A stretch of DNA of 64,000 bases, from NCBI GenBank assembly GCA_004764695.1, contig SMSO01000032.1:2666001-2730000 (forward strand), given 5' to 3'. This DNA comes from Schizochytrium sp. TIO01. Lineage: Eukaryota > Protista > Bigyra: Labyrinthulomycetes. The notes below the pieces were generated by a model. That model saw only the letters and a program-made list of their open reading frames with translations, made no database searches and had not been told where the DNA came from. Shown here piece by piece: positions 30,920 through 41,486 of this stretch. Numbering within the stretch: the first letter of the stretch is position 1; every line of letters begins with the position of its first letter. Made by a program: the position numbers and the translations under genes.

Positions 30920-33900
30920 AGAGAAAGCTCTTATTAGTAGTGCTTTTACTCATTGCAATTGAAGGCATTGAAGAGAGATTATGCTCATAGGTTCATCGTC
31001 AGTTGAGGGGCTCGAGATGGGTGCCGCTTTGGATGTATAGATATATAGCTGAGCAAGGTCTCCGTTGCATGGTTTTAATAATAGTAAAAAGAGGAAGAAG
31101 AAGAAGAAGTATTAGTAGTAGTAGAAGTTGCTGAGGATAAAAGAATTTGGAACAAAGTGCCACAGGTCGTTTTTGCTATAAGCTGTGTAGTACCATCATC
31201 CATGGTTATATATAAGGTAGCTGTTGGGTAAAATGGAACGAGCAGCAAAAACAAGCGTTTAAAATGGGTTGGACGAGGAGATCCTTGCGATGATTTCCGA
31301 AGGCTCCGCTACGCGTTTCGAGAGGTGTTAATATCAGGTTGTCTCTCAACTGCCAGCTAGTCCACCCTTCCCCAGTCCGTGTCAGTAGGAGTAGTGAGTA
31401 GCCCAAGTCTTTTGTGATTTAATTCCACTTTCCCATATATATATATATATGCCTTGGGAGTGATTTCTCCGTTCTACTTTTTCTTTCTTACTTCTTCTCC
31501 TTCTTCTTCTTCTTCAAATAATAGAAACGATCGGTTTAAAATTAAAATTGAACTTTAAAATTGAAAACTACAAATAGAATGATAACCAAATCTTTCATAT
31601 GATTACAATAACTGACTTACTCGAATGAAAGAGAAAGGAACTGAAATCCCTTATTCATTTTTAATATTTTTTCAATAAATTAAATCAATCAGTTCAAGTC
31701 AGCAGACAGACAAGATAGAAACAGGACTCAGAAAACTGTTGCCTCATGTTGACAGACGCGTCTGTCCACCAAAGTTATGGATCACGCACAATGCCAAGTT
31801 TCACGACCCTCCAAACGGCCACATAGATCTTCAACTGATCCATTCACTTGCCTGTTCTCCGCTGATTGGCTGGCCCCAGTCGCTCGCGGCCTCCTTGAAG
31901 ACGGGCTTCCCGAGGATGCCTCGTCACTGCGAGAAGCGAAGAACCAGGAGCGAGCCCATCATCCTTCGTTCCACTTCTCAGAGTGAAAGACGCGAAGTGC
32001 GAGTGCATGCAACTCCTGATAAAAGTGCGATTTAGTTCTTTCTGTTTTTTAGTAACTCACGCATTTAGTTCTGTTGCAAAGATAGTTTGCCTGCGAAAGG
32101 TCGAGCTGGTGTGATGATTGATGATAGCGCAAAAGCAAGCTCGGTTGGGAGCAACGGACTAAGGTATGGTCTGGGCTATAGCCACCTGCTAGTTTGCAGC
32201 ATTCGAAGCGGATGGTTGAATGGTGTAGGCAGCATGGCAGTTTGTTGGATGGTGCGTTGATCAGGCGACTCCGATGCAGACCTGCGCGATCGAACTCAGG
32301 TGCAGCGCAAGACGGCGGCCGGGGAAATGAGGATGGCTGGCTTAAGTTTGTTTGTTTGTTTATTTATTTATTTGTATGAATTAAAATCGATTGAAGTTGA
32401 AGGCGATCGTAGCAATCGCCGTTGCGGTTGCTCATGGAGCGTGATGAAGTCCTCGCTGGCTGGCTGGCTGGCTGGCTGATCTCTAACAAAGATAGAAATG
32501 ACACCTATCGTGCTCTTGAAGGCATGTCGACGGCTCGTACGATAAGGTACAATTCGATTAAACCAACATCGAACGCAGAGGTATACAATTTGCAGCTGTT
32601 GCTTCAGAAGGGGGAGCAGAGGGGGGGGGTTCTTTGCGTGGAGGAGATACTTTGACTATGCCCGCGACACGGGTCGGGTATCCCGAGCGGGAAATCTGCC
32701 GTGGGACAGCTAGCTGTGCTCAATAATTTACTCGAGGTTCCCAAGCCAGCCTGAAACTTGATAGCAAGTAGGGCAATGGGACCTTGGAAACTTTCGATAT
32801 GGTACCTTCGCCACAACCAAAAATACAATAACTAAGGGAGCCTGGATAAATTTAAGGAATTTGATTCTGTTTAGCAATTATAGTTGCTTTATGAAGATGA
32901 AGAGACTTCACAAGTTACCGTGCAATGCTTTGTGAAAAATTGCAAGTTGTCAGACCAACACAAGATTATGGTCTAATGACACCACCTGGATGTTATATGT
33001 AATTCAAGCCTCTTTTTACCGTCATTGAGGCTGCGAGGCTACGAATACCTTCGAATGCATCCATCGTAGCCTTTTGGGGGGGTTAAATGCCTTTCAAAGT
33101 GACGGACAGTCTCCCAAATAGATTCAACATAGTTAGCCCTTGATATAGTAAGTGTGATAAACTCACTCTTGCTGGCAATTGATTGTAGATGAGCTTAGAA
33201 TTCTCTGGTAGTAGATACCCCAAAGTACCACTTCAACGAAATCCTCATTTTTTCGATACAGTCTCTTCAATACGGGACTTATAAGCTAAAACTGCAAAAC
33301 CTCTTCCCTTTTTTCCCCTTTTCCTTGATAAAGAAGATAGAAATAAATGAATTGTGAGTTGTTATACTTTACAGTTTTGCGAGCTGGTGCTTTTTCATCA
33401 GTGGCCACGCACATAACTTAATCTTAAATTCAAGATTAAAACCGATAGAGTTTTCAATAGTTTCCAGAACTCGCGAGCTGGGGCTTTTTCGTTCATGTCG
33501 ATCCTGTTAGCGTTTCATCGCATTTCATCAATGGCTCGCCACTACCAAAAAATTTTTTTTGGAATTTCTCTTGATATTGTTCACTATTTTCAAAAGGAGA
33601 ACATAGTTTGATTAAGATAGTTCATCATATATCAAGAAGTACAATTTTGAAATGTACAACTCAAAGCTAGGCAGTAGTGTAAAATCAAAACTAGGTTTTC
33701 ATTGTTTAATTGCATTTTTCCTAATTTGGTAAAAAGCAAACTTAGCATTCGATCAACCCTCAAGCTCCTTGTTTTCCTGTCAAATAATGAGTCAGCAGAC
33801 ACACGTAATGATTCTATTTGTTTTAAAGGGTGATAAACCTGATCTCACTCGTCTCATTAGAACAAGAGAAAATTGCTTCGCCTTCGCATTTTAAAGAATA

Positions 33901-35284
33901 AATTCCTCGCAAGAACTTGCAATGATCCTGAAAACTAAGGATTTTGAGGGTCAACTTAAAATGTTATAGCGCTGATGCTTCCTCCACTGACTTTCGAAAT
34001 CCATCTTTTCGTAAGAAGAGGGCATCCTGAAAACAATCACAAACAAAAAAAACAAATGCCTAGATAGTAGTAGGTAGATGAGCAGGTAGATATTATTTCT
34101 TAATATCTCTTACAGAGGGAGTTCAGCTTGCCCCAAGAGTACTAAGCAATCTCTTTTTAAAAGAGCCAAGAAATAAATAAATTTCAACCCTGGGTCCAGA
34201 ATCCAGGGTTGATCTCTCCATGTCATGCCATGAGAAGAACTCCATTCTGTAACAGCTCACGCTAAGATTCGACTTTACTCGAGAAGTAGAAGGAACTTTG
34301 GCACAGACAAAACAAAGAAGTAACCTCAGCTCTTGTTTTGCATCTCGCTGCTTCTCATTTTACATTGAGCATTCACTACTTACATGCCTAGCAATCAGTA
34401 GCCGTCTTCTGGCCCTGCAAACGGAATAGGTTTCTCCCACCATGCTGACTGTTCACCGAAGCGAGCGATCAACAGCCTTCAAGATTACACTCAGTTATAA
34501 AAAGTCTGGCCCCAGTCGTTAGGTTGCGAAGCTGACAGTACAAAAACACGGACCAGCGGAGAGAAACAAGTTCAAGTTGGGCCTCCTTGGCCTCGCCAAT
34601 GCTCAGCGGCAGTGCAGGATCGTCCAGTAGACCCTCTCTGCAGTCAGCGGCAGCGAGCGCTCCAATCACCTGCTTTGATTGCGAAGTTCGAGAGTGGCAA
34701 ATAAGCAGATGGCAGGCAGGCGCATCGCCGTTAGGAATCGTCTCACACTTTTCGTGAAAGAGATGAGACTTTTATGCAAAACTACAACATACATTTACTT
34801 ATTTTTATTCTGGAGAGGCACTTACTTACTTGTCTCCCTGGCAGTAAGTAGGCAAGTATGTCGTGAGCCAAAGCAAAGACTGCGAGCGACATTGCAGGGA
34901 GATCGATGTTGGCCAAGGCTCCTGAGTCGGCAAAGAGAGAAGCGAAGCCTGCTCTCCCCGGCACCCTTGAGGCGAGAGTCCTCGAGGACAAGGAATGTCA
35001 ATCACACCACCGCCAGAGCGAACCGCCACGGACGTGCCGACTGAACCGCCACAACTGCTTCATGACTCCACGAAGAAGTGGCCTCCGGATACATGCATGC
35101 ATGAATTCATTCATTCATTCATTCATTCATTCATTATGGCATGCATACCTACAATCATACTTGAACTACCTTGGCCTCGTGTACTTTACTTCGCCCACTC
35201 ACTCTCGTGAATATGAATGGATATTGGAAGGCGTCAAACACGATTTTGGTTTGTACATTCACGAGGAAAGACGTCATGGTAAAG

Positions 35285-35368
35285 AGTTTCCTTCCCTTGT
35301 GATTTTAGTTTCCTTCTCTTGCAATTTTAGTTTCCTTCTCTTGTGATTAGTTTCCTTCTCGTGTGGTT
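35285..35368. repeat. 22-bp minisatellite x4 (AGTTTCCTTCTCTTGTGATTTT)
   Basis: Four adjacent diverged copies of 20-22 bp. Confidence 0.85.
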
Positions 35369-37056
35369 CATGATGGTCTCCTCCACGAACAGATGAAGAA
35401 GAAGATGAGACAAAGACTGATTTTCATGACCCCCTGCGGCTTATATGTATGTATGTATTTATGTATGTGCACAAACACGCGCTCATCGCAGTGGTTCTGT
35501 TGGGGATGACGGGGATCTCTCTCTCTCTCTCGAGGCGAATGGATGGTTGCTTGGAAGTAGGCAGCGGAGCGGAAGCAAGCAAGCTAGCTGGGTCTGCCAG
35601 CGAGCGCTTGCGTGGACTTGTAGGAAGCGCACAGTTCGAGCGTCCCCGAGTTTCTTTGCGCTGGCCTTCTTGGGGAACAGGGCGCGGAACTTGAGCGCTG
35701 CGAACAAAGGTCTGCGAGAGACGAGGGCGACCTGGGCTTGGATTTGGAGGACGTGGCCAAATTGAGAGGAAGGAGACTCTCGACGGGAAGGTGCCAGCCA
35801 GCTAGCTGCATGCCGCCGCAGGAGCCGCGGAGGAATCATATCGGCCATAATTCGATTGGCAGCAGCGAAAGGACATGTCGGGTTCACCAATAACAGAATT
35901 CGCCAAACGGGAGAAGAAGCAGAACTTGAGCTCATTTGAAGTAAGATCGATCACCCGAAATCTTGGTCACGACAAAAACTGGAGTAAATTGTAAGCACGG
36001 TGTTGCTTTTTGTTTCTTGAAAACAGTGAGCTTTGAAAAGAAAACGCGCCTGTACTACTTGATTAGTTGGGGAAATGAGCAGGTGTCTGTGCTTTTGTGG
36101 CGTCTTCTTCACCGTGAGAAACCGCTTCGTTTGTGCAAAAGTAGATCATTGAAGTTTCTTGAAATTCCTACTACTGGCCGTCATTTCCATCTCTATTTTC
36201 AGAAAATAAAACGTGCGCAGTTCACTCCAACCGCCACCAGTTCGTGGGCTGTTCCAGGGAAGTGTCGCAACATCGCAAATAATTAAATGAGTTAATCAAC
36301 ATCAGTCAGCTCAGCGTCTTTCTTTATTTATGCTATATTAGTACAAGATTGAGCATTTGCGTGCCAAGAGAATAGAGCTTAGACAGGGTTTCGGGTAAAG
36401 TCACGGACAACGGATACGGACATGGCCTCGGACGCCAGCTTTTGGATATACACACGGACACGGAATGGATGAGAATGCAAAGAAGGTTTCAGAGGAACAA
36501 GAACCAAAACACCACAAAACCCCGTGTGACCTCATAAAAGTCTGGATTCTAGGGATTGGAACATCATCAGGTACAAGATAAAGTTCATCGGAGGTGAAGA
36601 ACCGGCATTGAGTTGTACCTTGATTTTTAGATACCAACATTTACCACCCCGTTTGCGATTCTTTTTTCCAACAATATAGAAGACTTGTTTTTAATGTTTT
36701 ATTTCAAAGAGAGCATCTCTTTTCACAAGAGCCTTTCATCGAAGAATGTTTCCTGACATTTTTCAATTTTGAATAATAGATACGATGCACTGGATTTCTT
36801 AGAGTACCAAAAAATGAAAAACAATCTAGTATTGGATTGTAACTTCGGCATATGAGCTGCGGATTAGAAAAAAGGATGAAACTGGCGGACTGTGCAACAA
36901 AATTTGACTAGCAATTGATTTGTATATATTTATTTTTTCTCAAGCACTAAATATACATATCAGGACAAAAAATGTTATGGGATGATGATGAAAAGCATAG
37001 TCTACAAAGTTATTTCGAGTTTTTACTTAAATACAAAGTTGTAGTCTAAGACAATG

Positions 37057-38547
37057 TTAAGTTGGTGTGTCGTTAATTTTGAAGCGATCATCTTGTAAGA
37101 TTTTACCCTTTTCTTCTCCGGTATAAGCAGGATGATCTTCTCCAGGTTGTACTCGAACTTCGCTAATCAGCTCATCCAATAAAAATACAGAGTCAGTGTT
37201 GTCGAATTCTCTTATGACAAATTTATCATCATTGTCGTCTTCATCATCTGTATCTTCTTTGCTTGGTCCTTCACCCTGATTAGTAGTATGATTCGATGGC
37301 TTGGAGTTTTGGGAATTACTGAATTTAGTATCTGGGAGGGCTACACTCTCTGGTTTTTCATCAGCCTCCACTGAAGCTTTGATGAGACGTTTGAGTTTTA
37401 ATGGAATGACAATAGGTCGCTCTGGGGTTCGCCCCTCCGCCAATTCTTCTGCTTGAACTGGAGGCGCATGATTAGATTCATTTGATGCGTTTTTATGGGG
37501 ATAATTTAGTTCTATAGGACCAGCCTGCGCTTTGCCTCCTTTTTCTGCAGGTGGAATAGGTGGCAAAGAAGCCTCAAGAGCTTTTGATCTCGCGATATCC
37601 TCAGCTTCTGCTTCATCTTTAGCCTTCTTCTGTTCATAAATATTTAATGCAAACCGCAAGATTAAGCCTATATTTTCGTTCTCAAGTCTAGCTTTATTCT
37701 TTCGAATTTTGCCAAGCTCATTGAGAGCCCAGATAACTTGTTGAAGCGAATCGCGGGTAACTGTCTCGACTGTGAGATACCTAAGGTTGTTTGCAATAAC
37801 CGGAATTGCGCCAACACGTCCGAGCAAAGTGCCTAGTCGCACGTCAGCTTTTGCGATGTGCGTTATTGCAGAAAATCCACTTTTTTGAACTTCACTATCA
37901 TCGCGAAAACGTGCTACTGTGAGCATGATTTGTTTCAACATTGCCGCGTTATCGAGAATTAAAAGGGCGACCTCCTTGTCCTTCATAAGGTTTGACATGC
38001 ATCGCATAGCATTTCGATGTACAATGAGTTCTCGAGGCTGATTTTGCAATGCTAAAAGCACTGGTTCCACTGTCTTCTCTTCTAGAGCGTTTAAAAGGTA
38101 TGCATCTGCTAACCGGATTAATGAAGCTTTCATTGAAATAAAAATTGTACGGGCATCCATTAAAATGAATGGATCATCGCCGTTATTACGCACAATTTCT
38201 ATGACTTGAGTCTTGACATCAAGTTCCCGCATCCGATCAGCACAGGCGTCATGCTGAGCAAGTTTTGAAAGCAACTGAAAGATAGGACGAAGGACTAACT
38301 CTTCATGTGGATATTCTTTCATTACCATTTGGAGAATCTCAATCCCTTTATAACGTATCACAGCATGACAATGCAAGTCCCGAGCTTTTGCTGAGAGTTT
38401 CGTTGTCACAAATTTGTGAATTTTCTCCACACATGAAATAATTAACTTTTTGTCCGTCAGACATCCACGGATCTCGTCGAAACGATCACCCACCTCAGCT
38501 TCATGTTTTGCGTGCGCTTCCCATGCTTTCACTAGTGCACTACCCAT
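37057..38547 (-). CDS. Armadillo/ARM-repeat protein with acidic disordered tail (496 aa)
   Basis: ATG ORF with repeated helical units of ARM type (VHRNAMRCMSNL, VQKSGFSAITHI, GAIPVIANNL, LQQVIWALNEL). Confidence 0.8.
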   Translation of the reverse strand: MGSALVKAWEAHAKHEAEVGDRFDEIRGCLTDKKLIISCVEKIHKFVTTKLSAKARDLHCHAVIRYKGIEILQMVMKEYPHEELVLRPIFQLLSKLAQHDACADRMRELDVKTQVIEIVRNNGDDPFILMDARTIFISMKASLIRLADAYLLNALEEKTVEPVLLALQNQPRELIVHRNAMRCMSNLMKDKEVALLILDNAAMLKQIMLTVARFRDDSEVQKSGFSAITHIAKADVRLGTLLGRVGAIPVIANNLRYLTVETVTRDSLQQVIWALNELGKIRKNKARLENENIGLILRFALNIYEQKKAKDEAEAEDIARSKALEASLPPIPPAEKGGKAQAGPIELNYPHKNASNESNHAPPVQAEELAEGRTPERPIVIPLKLKRLIKASVEADEKPESVALPDTKFSNSQNSKPSNHTTNQGEGPSKEDTDDEDDNDDKFVIREFDNTDSVFLLDELISEVRVQPGEDHPAYTGEEKGKILQDDRFKINDTPT

Positions 38548-39216
38548 GTCTGTACTTTCACCGAATTATGTGCAGGCTATAGCAAACGAAGCTGCTTCTC
38601 GTCTCACAACGTGTCGCCCATTCAGCCCCTTTCTAGTGTATAATACTGACTGCTCTGCAGAAGGAAAGAGCAAAACAACTAAAAGAACTGTGCAATAATT
38701 TTTTTGCTGAGTATGGTGGAAAAATAATCTTATGAAAATATTCATAACAGTCTGTAGAAAGTCCTGGATTTCGCCATGACGAACTAAGCAAGCTTGATTG
38801 AACTTGCCTACATTTCCCATCTTTTAGAAGGACGAGAACATCCAAAGTTCTGCGCAACCCACTCAGAGGTGTGTATTACGAATTTGGGTTTCGCAACGGC
38901 AATAGCTAATATGTATCAGCTAGGTGTTATTGCTAGTCGTGTTGAACTAGCTAAGGAAAAATAAGCGCCGACTTGAGCACAGAAGTCTTGGGCTTCGCAG
39001 GTAAACACCAACACCTGTAGCGCATCAAAACTGCATGCGACACAGATCTGTGCAGTACTAGCAGTCTAACAACCGTAAGAGCGCCGCAAGTTACGCAAGG
39101 GCAGGAGGAGCACAAAGCTCAATCTGACCTGCTACACAACCAGTTGCCTTGCCACGCGTTCAGGAGACAGACTTGATACAGTTGACCTTTCAACCAACTC
39201 ACCACTGAGACCTAAG

Positions 39217-39766
39217 ATGGGAAGAGCAGAAACCTATTTGATTCCGGCTCGATTTGCCATTACGACTGGACATTTCCTTGCGGTTCTAGTACTGTATTAC
39301 CATATGGTAAGTTGCCAACAGATTGTTGACAGGTCTTCGAGAGTGCTTGAAACCGAAGCAAAGATAGCTAACCACTTGGCTTTTACATAAGCTTCTGCTG
39401 TTTCATGTTTCATGTTCCAACTTTCTGCAGGATGCCAGTGTTGCTGCAGGGTTGCCAAGCAATCCTTCTTCATCAGAAACTTCTTCTGCAGAAAAGGTTC
39501 TCTCTACAGCATGGTCTGTGGGTGTGGCCTGTTTTGTTTTTGACTACATTGGACTCCTGGGTGGACTTTCAATTTTTTTCCGAAGCGTAAACCTCTGTCA
39601 GATTTTACTACACTTTCTTGGTGCGCTGTATACTAGCTGGTTCATTCTTCATAGCTGGAACTATGAATTATACTGGAAAATCACTGGTATATTCAATATT
39701 ATCCCAGCCTTTATAGAGATCGGTATTTTGCTCAATATTTTTGTCTTCCGTGCAATTCCCTATTAA
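39217..39766 (+). CDS. TMEM107: Transmembrane protein 107 (ciliary transition zone); exons 39217-39306 and 39431-39766; 141 aa
   Basis: Spliced product MGRAETYLIPARFAITTGHFLAVLVLYYHM|DASVAAGLP...GGLSIF...H...W...YW...IPAFIE...IPY follows the TMEM107 pattern (MGR..LVPSRF...H; G.SMF; LPA.TE; terminal PF/PY). Exon 1 is missing from the ORF track. Confidence 0.92.
39307..39430 (+). other. Spliceosomal intron of TMEM107 (124 nt, phase 0)
   Basis: GTAAGT donor, GCTAAC branch candidate near 39367 and TTTCTGCAG acceptor. Splicing restores the homologous frame. Confidence 0.9.
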
Positions 39767-41486
39767 AAATGCAAATATGTCATATAGTTAAATAGTGTAA
39801 ATACGAGAAGCTAGGAGTAATGCATGTTGCAGTATAACAAATTTTGTTTATTTGGTTTGAAGATACCAAGATTCATATTTTCCTAGTTGTAGAATCTGAC
39901 TTAGGGATACTCAACATAACGAATTCGGTTGATCAGTTAAGATTAAACAATCATCTTTTTAAAACGTTTACGTTGTAGATGCAGGTTCTGATTCTCTTAT
40001 ATAAGCGTGCCAAACTTAAAATGCAAAGGTCTGATGTCAACGATTAGAGGCTTTTAAAATTGCGAAGGTTATTCTCTTTAAATTTTGTTCAATTGTTTCT
40101 TGGATTCAGGCATTGTATTGAATATAGTCGCAGAGGGAGATAGAAAGATCTCATAGCGCAATGACTGGAGGTCGGCAGAAGACGCTTAATTAGTTTCCGT
40201 AAATTGGAACCACGTCAATTGCAAAAGCATCGGAGTTCTTTAAATTCTTCACTGATTTCAAGTAAGAGATGATATCAACAGTCGCATGTGAAAGTTGCTG
40301 AGATTGACAAGCAAATAGAAAAAAAAAAATTGGAAAAAAAAAACGAAGGTTACTTGGAAGCCTTTTAACGAAATAGAACAACAAGACAACCTTGATAAGT
40401 GCCTAAGTATTCCAGCTGCATGCCTTTGAGTAAGCGGGCCTCGCTTAAGCGACCTGCAGAGAGCGAGTCAGTGGATTGGTAACTCATAAGCTCAACTTTT
40501 CACCTTCTCTATACCTTTCACATTTGCTCGCGTCTCTGGCACTCATCTTTCCTAGCTAACCGCGCTCTGGATAAGCCCTCATTAATCGCTTAATTTGTTT
40601 ACAGGTACTCACGAATTCCTGAGCACCAGATCCAGTTTACGTTTAGGTACTGCTGACAGACGAATCTAATTAGCTAGAGATTGAGCAAGGGTGAAAATAA
40701 GATGTGTGGAGAAGGCTTGGAGAAGGTTCGGAACGGTTTAGCAAACCTTGGCTTTTTAACCAAGCGATCTCCTGTCCTTGGAATTGAAGACATCCATGTT
40801 ATAGACAGGAGTCTAAAACAGACTTGACTTGGCTTGAATTTAAGACAATGCAAGTGGATGGTTATATTATGTCTTTAAGAATCGATTAAGATCTTCTCAG
40901 AATCGTTCTACTAAGTTTTGGTTCTTGTCTTTCTTAAATTCGCATTCAGGCATCGTGTCGTCCAGTTCCAATCCTACGTAAGCTCTACTTATTCAAGGAC
41001 TTACAATAGTATCCCAGGAATTCCAGCAATTTCTTGTTCATTTATCCTTTCGATTAGCAGTTATCCCAACAGCTGCCTCAGAGTATGTTCATATTTTGTT
41101 TTGTTTTTTTAACTTGTACTCTGTCAAAATTTTGAATTATAGCATATCCAGTACTATGAACATCACAAAATAAATCAGCAGCTGTCTCATAAAATATGCA
41201 TTTAGCATTCGTATTAAGAAGACTGAAAAACAGAAACCGGTTTTTTAAAAGAAATGGATGATCCTGGAATAGAACTTGCACACAGGATCTTGAGAACATG
41301 TAGATAGAAATTGCATTTTAGGCAACTTTGTAAGTAGAGTTAACACATGTATCCAAAATTTAAACTTGTGGTTTAAAGTGATTACTTATAAACGAACAAC
41401 ACACTTCATCTGTTCACTTGATCAAAAGCACATAAGCCGTACATCAAATTGCAGTGCAAGAATACTGAAAGATATCGCCAAATCAT

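Noticed and set aside
35285-35368. Repeat array as a possible CRISPR
   Set aside because: Units are contiguous with no spacers, there are no cas genes, and the context is eukaryotic.
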